Part shown: positions 20,472 through 29,285 of the stretch, piece after piece
Position numbering within the stretch: the stretch's first letter is position 1
Layout of the letters: each line of letters begins with the position of its first letter
NCBI GenBank assembly: GCA_036562565.1
Contig: DATCJY010000066.1
Span: 10,317-74,316 of the forward strand
From: Flavobacteriales bacterium
Lineage (GTDB): Bacteria > Bacteroidota > Bacteroidia > Flavobacteriales_D > Sanyastnellaceae
Direction of reading: 5' to 3'
DNA length: 64,000 nucleotides
The notes under the pieces: generated by a model
Told to the model about the DNA's origin: nothing
Databases searched by the model: none
Seen by the model: only the letters and a program-made list of their open reading frames with translations
Program-made: the position numbers and the translations under genes

Positions 20472-21455
20472 TCAAATGGACAGGATGCGGCCGATGCGCA
20501 ATTCATCTCTGTTCGGAGTGTTTCTTCTGGTGACGGCTTCCATGAGCGGTGTGTATGTTTCACGGTCATTCATGATGCCTATCATCACATCTTTTCTTCC
20601 TTCCAATAAGCCTTCTACAGCTGCTACGCCCATGCGCGATGCCAGCACGCGATCATAACATGACGGACTTCCTCCACGCTGCAAATGCCCGAGAACCGAA
20701 ACACGCGTTTCGTATTCGGTGTATTGCTCGGCAACCTTTCTGGCTATTTCATAAGCACCACCACTCTTGCTGCCTTCAGCCACAATCACAATGGAACTCG
20801 ATTTTCCACTTTCTTCACTTGCACGCAGGGTAGCAATGAGATCGTCTATGCTCATCTCATCTTCAGGAAGGACTATGGCTATCGCACCTGTAGCTATACC
20901 GGATTTCAAAGCGATAAACCCGCTGTGACGTCCCATCACTTCAACGAAGAAGATGCGATTATGCGATGTGGCCGTATCACGGATCTTATCCACCGCATCC
21001 ACAACGGTATTGGTTGCTGTATCGAAACCGATGCAGTGATCGGTACCATAGATATCGTTATCTATTGAGCCCGGAATGCCGATGACCGGCACACCAAACT
21101 CCTCATAAAATTGGTGCGCTCCGGTGAAGGTGCCATCTCCTCCAATACAAACAAGAGCATCAATCCCTTCTTTCTTGAGATTATCATAAGCCTTTTGGCG
21201 ACCTTCCTTCGTCATGAACTCCTTGCTGCGCGAGCTTTTCAGAATGGTTCCTCCTCTTCCAAGGATTTTGGCCACTGACCGCTCATTCAGTTTTTTAAAA
21301 TCTCCATCTATCATTCCCTGATATCCTTGGAAGATACCTTCGCATTCTATTTTGCGGTAAACGCATGTGCGCACCACGGCACGGATGGCCGCATTCATTC
21401 CCGGTGCATCGCCACCGCTTGTAAATACTCCTATTCTCTTAATTGAATTTCCCAT
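20472..21455 (-). CDS. pfkA: ATP-dependent 6-phosphofructokinase
   Basis: Motifs GVFTSGGDAPGMNAAIRAVVR, IGGDGT, PGSIDND and MGRHSG. Confidence 0.95.
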   Translation of the reverse strand: MGNSIKRIGVFTSGGDAPGMNAAIRAVVRTCVYRKIECEGIFQGYQGMIDGDFKKLNERSVAKILGRGGTILKSSRSKEFMTKEGRQKAYDNLKKEGIDALVCIGGDGTFTGAHQFYEEFGVPVIGIPGSIDNDIYGTDHCIGFDTATNTVVDAVDKIRDTATSHNRIFFVEVMGRHSGFIALKSGIATGAIAIVLPEDEMSIDDLIATLRASEESGKSSSIVIVAEGSKSGGAYEIARKVAEQYTEYETRVSVLGHLQRGGSPSCYDRVLASRMGVAAVEGLLEGRKDVMIGIMNDRETYTPLMEAVTRRNTPNRDELRIGRILSI

Positions 21456-21563
21456 ATAGGTCTCTTTTAGTGTGGTTTTACTGAAATAGCAAGTATAGTG
21501 TTGCCATCCTCAGCATTCCATTTCATCATCGTTATATAACGTGAAGAAGAAATGTACGCTGCT

Positions 21564-21590
21564 AACTTAGTGTATTTTTCACACTAAGTT
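21564..21590. promoter_or_regulatory. Perfect 10-bp inverted repeat in the pfkA / Nudix-regulator divergent intergenic region (candidate operator)
   Basis: AACTTAGTGT-ATTTTTC-ACACTAAGTT. It ends 91 nt upstream of the ATG at 21681 and begins 109 nt from the pfkA start. Confidence 0.35.
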
Positions 21591-21680
21591 ACAAGTGTCA
21601 TCATTTTTTTTGTTCTTTTACAGCTGCAAAAGCGGCTCTTTTTATTCAAACCAATGACCGCTGCATGAGGAAAGGAAATT

Positions 21681-22394
21681 ATGGCATCTAAAGATCCCGC
21701 ACCAATAGACATTTCAGTTGATTGTGTAGTATTTGGTTTTGATGATAAAAAACTCAAGGTATTGCTCATCGAGCAAAAACAACCTGAGAGCGGACCACCG
21801 CTGAAGAACTTGCAGATGGCGCTACCGGGTGATTTGCTTAAAGCGAATGAGAGCTTCGACAAAGCGGCCAAGCGTGTATTGAAAGAATTGACTTCACTGG
21901 AAGGCATCTACCTCAAACAGTTCCATGCATTTGGCGATCCCAAGCGTGTGAAAGACCTCAAAGACCAAGAGTGGTTGCGCACCTTCAGAGCACACCCTGA
22001 AAGACGCGTAGTGACGATAGGTTATTACTCTTTGGTAAATCTTTATGACTATAAGCCTGTCGCATCCAGCTTTGCCGGTAAAACCAAATGGGTGGACGTT
22101 TACAATATCCCGGAGCTGGCCTTCGACCACAACATCATTGTGAACCATGCTTTGGAAACATTCCGTCATGAACTCATAGCTGACAATATAGGTTTTGAAT
22201 TATTGCCGGATAAATTCACTCTGACGCAGCTTCAACATTTGCATGAGATTATTTTGAATAAAAAGCTCGACAAACGCAACTTCCGCAAGGTGGTACTCAA
22301 GATGGACAGCATCAAACCCTTGGATGAAAAGCAAAAAGGTGCCCCGCACAAGCCCGCACAATTGTTTAAATACCAAAAGAAGAAAACCAGCTGA
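21681..22394 (+). CDS. NrtR-like regulator: degenerate Nudix domain plus C-terminal winged-helix domain
   Basis: 237 aa. The Nudix-box position reads GDLLKANESFDKAAKRVLKELTSLEG, so REUxEE is replaced by RVLKEL. The C-terminal part FTLTQLQHLHEIILNKKLDKRNFRKVVLKM resembles NrtR/AraR-type wHTH. Confidence 0.65.
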   Translation: MASKDPAPIDISVDCVVFGFDDKKLKVLLIEQKQPESGPPLKNLQMALPGDLLKANESFDKAAKRVLKELTSLEGIYLKQFHAFGDPKRVKDLKDQEWLRTFRAHPERRVVTIGYYSLVNLYDYKPVASSFAGKTKWVDVYNIPELAFDHNIIVNHALETFRHELIADNIGFELLPDKFTLTQLQHLHEIILNKKLDKRNFRKVVLKMDSIKPLDEKQKGAPHKPAQLFKYQKKKTS

Positions 22395-24682
22395 TGACTT
22401 CAATTGCCACCACTTTTGTCCATTACTTGACCAAGCCCTTTTGGACGCTTTGTGTGGTGGGAATGATATTATGTGGGCACCGCCTTTGTGCGCAATTTCC
22501 AATGCCTGATTTCGGTGCTGCATTTCTGCAAGATGAAGTGTCTACCATCCGCATCTTCATGGATACGGATGCTCTGAACGAAATGATAGAAGAGCAAGAA
22601 GATGAAATGTACTATCACGGTACTTTCATCTATCAAAGCTCTTTGCTTCATGATACGATTGAATATGTTGGCATACGCTTGCGCGGCAACACGAGTCTCA
22701 ACGCAGAAAAGAAATCCTTCCGCATCTCGTTCAACGCTTTTGAGCAAGGCGCCAAATGGCAGGAGCTTGAAAAACTCAATCTCATTGCTCAACAAAATGA
22801 CCCTTCACTGCTTAGAAGTAAGCTCTGCCATGACGCTTATCGTTATTATGGTATTACCTCTTGCAGAACCTCGTATGTAAAGCTTTACATCAACGATGAA
22901 TATCGCGGATTGTACTTGCATCAGGAACACATCGATGAAGAGTTTGCTAAAAAGTATTTTGACGGGCAAGGTGACGGTAACCTTTATAAATGCACGTATC
23001 CCGCGCCACTGCAATACCTTGGTTCAAATCCCGATTTGTATAAGCTGAACAGTTGGAATGGCCGCATCTACGATTTGCGTACCAATGAATGGCGCGACAA
23101 TTACAGCGATTTAGCGCAATTCATCACGGTTTTGAATAATACCCCCATCAATAATCTTGCGTGCGAATTGCCGAAAGTTTTCAATGTTGAGAGCTATCTC
23201 AAAGTGGCCGCATTGAATGTTTTGCTGGGCAACTGGGATGGATATATCTACAACCAAAACAATTATTACCTCTATCAAGACCAACGTACCGGTTTGATCA
23301 CATACATTCCTTACGATTTAGACAATACGCTCGGAATCGATTGGGTGGATAGGAATTGGGCCCAGCGCAACATCTATAATTGGGCACAATCAGGACAACC
23401 TCGTCCGTTGTATTGGCGATTATTACAAGTGCCTGAATACCGCGAGCGTTTCTCTTTCTACATCCATGAAATGTGTCAGGATTATTTCACTCCTGAAAAT
23501 TTTTATGCACTCTCACTACAATGGCAACAGTTGATTGCATCGGCCGTTGAAAATGATCCATACTACTCGCAAGACTTCGGCTATACCTACAATGATTTCC
23601 TTTCAGCCATCACAACAGCTTGGGGCGGGCATGTAGATTTTGGCATTGTTCCTTATGTAACAGCAAGGCGGCAGAGTGCATTGCAACAACTGGACGATAT
23701 CAGCACTCTTGCTCCGAATCCTCATTGGCTGACCAGTGAGACCATTGTGTACCGCCCCACGGACATCATTCATCTTCATAGTTTCATTGGGTCAACCAAT
23801 GATTTCTCTTGTGATTTATGGATTTCATCGGATAATGCATCTTGGACAAACACCGGCAATGAATTCGCGGACAACGGTGCTGTTTGGGATGTAGCCGCTG
23901 ACGGGATTTTCAGCTATTTCACGGCCAACAATCACGGAGGTGATAAGCTTTACTATAAACTCAATTGCGATGGATACGAATATCCATGCTCTCCCAAATT
24001 CATATGGACGACCAAGTCTTTGCTCGGAGTTTACATCAATGAAGTGATGTCATCCAACAGCACATCCATTACAGATGAATACGATGAACACGAGGATTGG
24101 ATTGAACTGTACAACAGCAATAGCTGGTCAATCAATCTAAATGGCAAATACCTGACCGATGATCTCCGCAACTGGAATAAGTTCCCATTGCCTCCTGTGT
24201 CCATTGGTCCCGGTGAATTCTTGATTATTTACATGGATGACCAACCCTATCAAGGACAACAACATGCGACATTCAAAGTCGGAGGAAATGATACGGATTT
24301 ATACCTAATCAATGTTGAACAAGGAGTCCCTCGCATCGCTGACCATTTCAATCCTGTGATTGCCCCCACAGATGTTTCATTATCACGCCTACCGGATGGA
24401 GGAGCTACCATTACACTGACCTCTTCCCCTACACCGGGTGCTACCAATGGTACAGTACATACCGATGAAAACAAGCTTACTGTTTGGTCAGTCTATCCCA
24501 ATCCTTCAACTGAAACAATTAAATGGAATGAAGGCAGAAAGGAAGTCATCCTGTATGATTTGCATGGCCATGCCATCAAAACATGCACCAACTGCAATGA
24601 ACTCCATGTGTCGGACTTGGCCGCAGGCCAATATTACCTACGCAGCGGAGCGCATGTGCATTCCATTGTCATTACCCGTTAA
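22394..24682 (+). CDS. Secreted CotH-family (atypical kinase-like) protein with a lamin-tail domain and a type A T9SS C-terminal sorting domain
   Basis: Signal peptide ...WTLCVVGMILCGHRLCAQ. CotH-like NNYYLYQD...IPYDLDNTLG. LTD-like VYINEVMSSN...HEDWIELYNSN. The C-terminal VYPNPSTETIKW...LAAGQYYLRSGAHVHSIVITR is T9SS-CTD-like. Confidence 0.75.
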   Translation: MTSIATTFVHYLTKPFWTLCVVGMILCGHRLCAQFPMPDFGAAFLQDEVSTIRIFMDTDALNEMIEEQEDEMYYHGTFIYQSSLLHDTIEYVGIRLRGNTSLNAEKKSFRISFNAFEQGAKWQELEKLNLIAQQNDPSLLRSKLCHDAYRYYGITSCRTSYVKLYINDEYRGLYLHQEHIDEEFAKKYFDGQGDGNLYKCTYPAPLQYLGSNPDLYKLNSWNGRIYDLRTNEWRDNYSDLAQFITVLNNTPINNLACELPKVFNVESYLKVAALNVLLGNWDGYIYNQNNYYLYQDQRTGLITYIPYDLDNTLGIDWVDRNWAQRNIYNWAQSGQPRPLYWRLLQVPEYRERFSFYIHEMCQDYFTPENFYALSLQWQQLIASAVENDPYYSQDFGYTYNDFLSAITTAWGGHVDFGIVPYVTARRQSALQQLDDISTLAPNPHWLTSETIVYRPTDIIHLHSFIGSTNDFSCDLWISSDNASWTNTGNEFADNGAVWDVAADGIFSYFTANNHGGDKLYYKLNCDGYEYPCSPKFIWTTKSLLGVYINEVMSSNSTSITDEYDEHEDWIELYNSNSWSINLNGKYLTDDLRNWNKFPLPPVSIGPGEFLIIYMDDQPYQGQQHATFKVGGNDTDLYLINVEQGVPRIADHFNPVIAPTDVSLSRLPDGGATITLTSSPTPGATNGTVHTDENKLTVWSVYPNPSTETIKWNEGRKEVILYDLHGHAIKTCTNCNELHVSDLAAGQYYLRSGAHVHSIVITR

Positions 24683-24798
24683 TCGCGCAACCCTTCCGCC
24701 CCATAGAAATTAATTACCAAGCTTTTGGACAATTAGATTTTTACGTTTGAATTATTAGCCGTTTTTTTGCGCGCCCTAATTTCACGAATAGATAGGAT

Positions 24799-26220
24799 AT
24801 GAATTTTCGCCAACACGTAGACGATAAACTATTTCACACCATCAGCGACCAAGCAGCATCTTTGGGTGTGGAGGTTTATGCCATTGGCGGATTTGTGCGC
24901 GACATCTTACTCAAACGTCCATGTACCGACATTGACTTTGTGACCAACGGCAAAGGTATTGAGCTCGCCCAAGCATGTGCCAAGGCACTCAAAGTAAACA
25001 AAGTGGACGTCTTCAAAAACTTTGGCACCGCACACTTCAAATACAAGAACTTGGACATTGAATTTGTAGGTGCACGCAAAGAATCCTATCGTGCGGAATC
25101 GCGCAAACCGGATGTAGAAGCCGGCACTTTGCAAGATGATCAGAACAGACGCGACTTCACCATCAACGCGATGGCTATCTCGTTGCAAAGGGATACGTTT
25201 GGCGAATTGGTTGATCCATTCAACGGATTGGCCGACCTCGAAGCCAAGATTTTGCGCACTCCGCTTGACCCCGATATTACATATAGTGATGACCCCTTGC
25301 GCATGATGCGTGCGGTGCGTTTTGCCAATCAACTCGGATTCTTCATTGAAGAATCATCACACGCTGCCATCAAGCGCAATGCACATCGCCTGGATATTGT
25401 ATCGCAAGAACGCATTACAACAGAACTTAATAAAATCATGCTTTGCACGAAGCCCTCGATTGGCTTCAAACTCCTGTTCAATACGGGCTTGCTGCACCGA
25501 TTTTTTATGGAGGTGGTGAAATTGCACGGAGTTGAAAAACGTAATGGCTGGGCGCACAAGGACAATTTTTACCACACATTACAAGTATTGGACAATGTTG
25601 CAGAAATGAGCGACAACCTTTGGTTGCGCTGGGCTGCTTTGCTCCACGACATTGCCAAGCCTAACACCAAACGTTTTGAAGAAGGCAGCGGGTGGACATT
25701 TCACGGGCATGAAGATGTGGGGGCACGCATGGTACCCAAAATTTTCAATCGACTGAAACTGCCATTGGATCACCAGATGAAGTATGTACAAAAACTCGTA
25801 CAACTTCACCTGCGCCCAATATCCCTCACAAAAGAAGAAATCACGGATTCCGCCATTCGCAGACTGCTCTTCGAAGCAGGTGATGATATCGATGATTTGA
25901 TGACCTTGTGCAAAGCGGACATCACCTCTAAGAATGAAGCAAAAGTGCAGCGCTACTTAGCGAACTATGAATTGCTCAAAGTGAAATTGGTGGAAGTGGA
26001 AACCAAGGACCACATCCGCAATTTCCAACCACCTATCAGTGGTGAGCTCATCATGAAGACTTTCGGTCTTCCGCCAAGTCAGAATGTTGGTGTGATCAAG
26101 AACGCCATCAAAGATGCCATTCTAGATGGCGCCATTCACAACGACTATGATGAGGCTTATGCATACATGCTTGAGCAAGGCAAGAAGCTTGGTTTGGAGC
26201 CGGTGAAGCAGTCTTCTTAA
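24799..26220 (+). CDS. cca: CCA tRNA nucleotidyltransferase / poly(A) polymerase family with HD domain
   Basis: IGGFVRD, the DIDF nucleotidyltransferase head, RDFTINA, and the HD motif ALLHDIAKP. 473 aa. Confidence 0.8.
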   Translation: MNFRQHVDDKLFHTISDQAASLGVEVYAIGGFVRDILLKRPCTDIDFVTNGKGIELAQACAKALKVNKVDVFKNFGTAHFKYKNLDIEFVGARKESYRAESRKPDVEAGTLQDDQNRRDFTINAMAISLQRDTFGELVDPFNGLADLEAKILRTPLDPDITYSDDPLRMMRAVRFANQLGFFIEESSHAAIKRNAHRLDIVSQERITTELNKIMLCTKPSIGFKLLFNTGLLHRFFMEVVKLHGVEKRNGWAHKDNFYHTLQVLDNVAEMSDNLWLRWAALLHDIAKPNTKRFEEGSGWTFHGHEDVGARMVPKIFNRLKLPLDHQMKYVQKLVQLHLRPISLTKEEITDSAIRRLLFEAGDDIDDLMTLCKADITSKNEAKVQRYLANYELLKVKLVEVETKDHIRNFQPPISGELIMKTFGLPPSQNVGVIKNAIKDAILDGAIHNDYDEAYAYMLEQGKKLGLEPVKQSS

Positions 26221-26227
26221 ACATCAT

Positions 26228-26752
26228 TTACCAACTACTTCCTAGCTCCGTCATCCACATGCCCTTCATCTTGAGTGCTTGCTCAAGTATATCGCGCACG
26301 CATCCTTCGCCACCATTGAATGGCGATATGTAATGTGCCAAGGCTTTGATTTCCGGCACTGCATCAGCCGGACAAGTGGCCAAGCCAACTTTCTGCATCA
26401 CTGCATAATCAGGAATATCATCTCCCATGTAACAGATATCTTCAGGAGCAATGTTGTTCTCCTTGATGAATTGATTGAATACTTCCAGCTTGGTACCTGC
26501 ACCCAAATAGATGTCTTTTACTCCCAGCCCTTCAAAGCGCTTGCGAGTAGCTTCACCCTTGCCACCGCTGAGTATCACGATGCGCAGCCCCATTTTCACT
26601 GCGAGTTGCACTGTATAGCCATCACGCACATTGGCGGTGCGCAAAGGTTCGCCATTGGCAGACAAGTAAATGATATTATTGGTAAATACCCCATCCACAT
26701 CAAAAATGAAGGTATGGATGTCTTTCAGTTTTGCTTTAAAATTTTTCTCCAT
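26228..26752 (-). CDS. kdsC: 3-deoxy-D-manno-octulosonate 8-phosphate phosphatase (HAD-IIIA)
   Basis: 174 aa. FDVDGVFT motif I, RDGYTV, and the GDDIPD motif. Confidence 0.8.
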   Translation of the reverse strand: MEKNFKAKLKDIHTFIFDVDGVFTNNIIYLSANGEPLRTANVRDGYTVQLAVKMGLRIVILSGGKGEATRKRFEGLGVKDIYLGAGTKLEVFNQFIKENNIAPEDICYMGDDIPDYAVMQKVGLATCPADAVPEIKALAHYISPFNGGEGCVRDILEQALKMKGMWMTELGSSW

Positions 26753-27503
26753 AAAAGCGCTTGTAGATGAACTCAGAAAGCAAGCGATATACCTCTGCTT
26801 GCTGCGGCTGATCGGCTAATTGTTGTAAATGATTTTGAATGGTGGATCGGTCGTTGCGCACAGCCGGACCGGTTTGCAGTTTAGATGCCGGTTGTTTCTT
26901 TAAATTGTTCCAATGGCCTTCCATCAAGGGTAACAACAAGTCGCTAGGAAGGTTGTTGTCTCCTAAAATATCCTCGGCTATCGTGTACAACGCATTGGTA
27001 AAATTGTTTGCAAACACAGCAGCCACATGGGCTTTCCTGCGTTGCTCGGATGTTGCAACCATCACTCTGCCGGAGATGTTTTGCATCATCACCATTAAAG
27101 TGGTTTGCAGTTCAAGCACAGATGCTTCAATGAGAAAAGGAACGCGGTTGTATTCCACTTCATTGCCTTTAATCATGGATTGGATGGGCCAAATCACTCC
27201 GCGCTTGGATTGTGGAATCACATCCATATCACTGCCACCGGAGGTATGTATCACGAAGAATTCTTTACCAATTGCAGAGGCAACCTCAGCAATGGAGCGG
27301 TCACTTACGGCCACCAAAATGAAATCATTATCACTGCTGAAGCGGGATGCATCATTTAAGTATTCGGCTCCGTGCTCATCGGCCAATGCCATGCCGGCCT
27401 CTTCATTGCGTGCATAAACTTGCAGCAGGTCATGTCCACCCTTGATGAACATGTTGGCAAAATGCCAAGCTACATTTCCTGAACCTGCAATGCTGAATTT
27501 CAT
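26736..27503 (-). CDS. Rossmann-fold NAD(P)-binding protein with DUF2520-like C-terminal domain
   Basis: N-terminal MKFSIAGSGNVAWHFANMF dinucleotide-binding motif. Length and layout fit the Bacteroidota DUF2520 family. It overlaps kdsC by 17 nt. Confidence 0.6.
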   Translation of the reverse strand: MKFSIAGSGNVAWHFANMFIKGGHDLLQVYARNEEAGMALADEHGAEYLNDASRFSSDNDFILVAVSDRSIAEVASAIGKEFFVIHTSGGSDMDVIPQSKRGVIWPIQSMIKGNEVEYNRVPFLIEASVLELQTTLMVMMQNISGRVMVATSEQRRKAHVAAVFANNFTNALYTIAEDILGDNNLPSDLLLPLMEGHWNNLKKQPASKLQTGPAVRNDRSTIQNHLQQLADQPQQAEVYRLLSEFIYKRFYGEKF

Positions 27504-27557
27504 GGGCGCAATTTCGGTAGGATTTACCGAAGAATTGGCATGATATCATAAACAGAA

Positions 27558-28178
27558 TCAATTCTTACGAAACACCTCCAGCACATCCATTACTGAAGCG
27601 TATGTATTGTCCATCACTATTTTCAAGTTTTCAGGGTGAATCCAACGCGCATCAGTGATGCCCTCAATGGTCTGTGGACGCGGGGTTATAGAGCCGTGGT
27701 ACTTCATCCTGTACCATACAGTTTCTTTGAGCATTGGTGTGCCATCTTGCACATAAGTGTGCCATGTAGAAAGTAAGCGTTCGTTCAAGTCCAGATTGGT
27801 AATGGAACATTCTTCTTCCACTTCGCGCAAAGCTGCTTCATCGAGGTTCTCGCCCACTTCAACTTTGCCTTTGGGTAAATCCCATTTATCCAACCGATAG
27901 ATGAAAAGCAGCTCGCCTTTATCGTTTTCCACCAATCCTCCCGCAGCTTGGACAAATGTGAATTGCTCCTGAAAAGCCTTCCATGATGCATCTACATCTT
28001 CGCAAATCACACGAACGTGTGATGCCCCCTTGGACAACGCATTCTCTATCAACATCACATCGTGTTTTCCTTTGGAGTAGACCACTTCAAATCCTTTATT
28101 GACAGGAGCTTCGCCCGGAACTCGTTGTGAAAAAAACACAGGGCGGTTGGCGAAATAAACTTTATATTTTTGGACCAT
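27558..28178 (-). CDS. Nudix hydrolase (intact Nudix box)
   Basis: Canonical box GKVEVGENLDEAALREVEEECSI. Start moved to MVQKYKVYF (ATG at 28178). The track extension to 28289 would run antisense through the pyrE 5' end. Confidence 0.75.
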   Translation of the reverse strand: MVQKYKVYFANRPVFFSQRVPGEAPVNKGFEVVYSKGKHDVMLIENALSKGASHVRVICEDVDASWKAFQEQFTFVQAAGGLVENDKGELLFIYRLDKWDLPKGKVEVGENLDEAALREVEEECSITNLDLNERLLSTWHTYVQDGTPMLKETVWYRMKYHGSITPRPQTIEGITDARWIHPENLKIVMDNTYASVMDVLEVFRKN

Positions 28179-28833
28179 GAACGATGAACAAAGTGCGCTA
28201 AAAGTAGCGGAATTTCTGCTAAAGATAAAAGCCGTTGAGCTAAGCCCTTCTGCTCCATTCACCTGGGCTTCCGGAATGAAATCCCCCATTTACTGTGATA
28301 ACAGAAAAACACTCTCCTATCCGGAGATTCGCGATTTCTTGCGCGACCGCTTTGCAGCGATTGTCACCGAGAAATATGGCAAACCGGATGTGATTGCTGG
28401 TGTGGCTACTGGTGGTATTGCACTGGGCGCTCTTGTGGCACAACAACTCAACCTTCCATTTATCTACGTGAGAAGCGAAGCCAAGAAACACGGCTTGGGC
28501 AATCAGGTAGAAGGTGTTTTGGAAAAAGGTCAAAAAGTAGTAGTGATTGAAGATTTGGTATCCACCGGTAAGAGCAGCCTCAATGCCGTTGCTGCATTGC
28601 GCGAAGCCGGTGCTGAAGTGTTGGGAATGGTTGCCATCTTCACTTACAATTTCCAAAAAGCAGCCGATAACTTCCTTAATGCTCAATGCGAATTGAAGAC
28701 CCTCACCGATTATGACTCGCTGCTCTCACAAGCTTTACAATCTAAATACATTGATGACATTCAGCTAAATTCGCTACGCGCTTGGAAAAGCGATCCTGAG
28801 AAATGGAGTGAATCGTTTGCTGTGAACGGTTGA
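28177..28833 (+). CDS. pyrE: Orotate phosphoribosyltransferase
   Basis: FTWASGMKSPIYCDNR and the PRPP-binding loop VVVIEDLVSTGKS. Confidence 0.9.
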   Translation: MNDEQSALKVAEFLLKIKAVELSPSAPFTWASGMKSPIYCDNRKTLSYPEIRDFLRDRFAAIVTEKYGKPDVIAGVATGGIALGALVAQQLNLPFIYVRSEAKKHGLGNQVEGVLEKGQKVVVIEDLVSTGKSSLNAVAALREAGAEVLGMVAIFTYNFQKAADNFLNAQCELKTLTDYDSLLSQALQSKYIDDIQLNSLRAWKSDPEKWSESFAVNG

Positions 28834-28877
28834 TACCTCTAAAAACAATTACTTAAGAAAAAAATAATTATCTGAAC

Positions 28878-29285
28878 ATGACAAAAATCGAAAGCAAAAA
28901 GGTAACCGTACCGGCATCTGCAGCTGATGTATTCAATTTCCTCTCCAATACCAACAACATTGAGCGCTTACTACCGACTGACAAAATCTCCAACTGGACC
29001 AGCGATGGCAAAGCTTGCTCTTTCAAAGTTCAGAACGCTTATCAAATTGGTCTTGAACTCACCGAGAATACTCCTAATACTAATGTGCGCTATAAAAGCA
29101 CTGCAGGAACTCCTTTTCCATTCCAACTCAATGTGACACTCAATGAAGTGGATGGCAAGACAGAAGCACAACTGCTTTGTGAAGCCGAAATCAATATGTT
29201 CCTTGAGATGATGGTAAAAGGGCCACTTAAGAACCTATTCGATTACATGGCTGACAAGCTGACCACTCAGTTTGTGACCGCATAA
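28878..29285 (+). CDS. SRPBCC/START-like small protein
   Basis: 135 aa. The N-terminal pattern KVTVPASAADVFNFLSNTNNIERLLP is typical of polyketide-cyclase/SRPBCC-fold proteins. Weak, motif-level only. Confidence 0.5.
   Translation: MTKIESKKVTVPASAADVFNFLSNTNNIERLLPTDKISNWTSDGKACSFKVQNAYQIGLELTENTPNTNVRYKSTAGTPFPFQLNVTLNEVDGKTEAQLLCEAEINMFLEMMVKGPLKNLFDYMADKLTTQFVTA

Noticed and set aside
21584-21907. A 107-aa minus-strand ORF spanning the pfkA/regulator intergenic region and the regulator's 5' end.
   Set aside because: It overlaps the well-supported NrtR-like gene in antisense and has Ser/Cys-rich low-complexity sequence.
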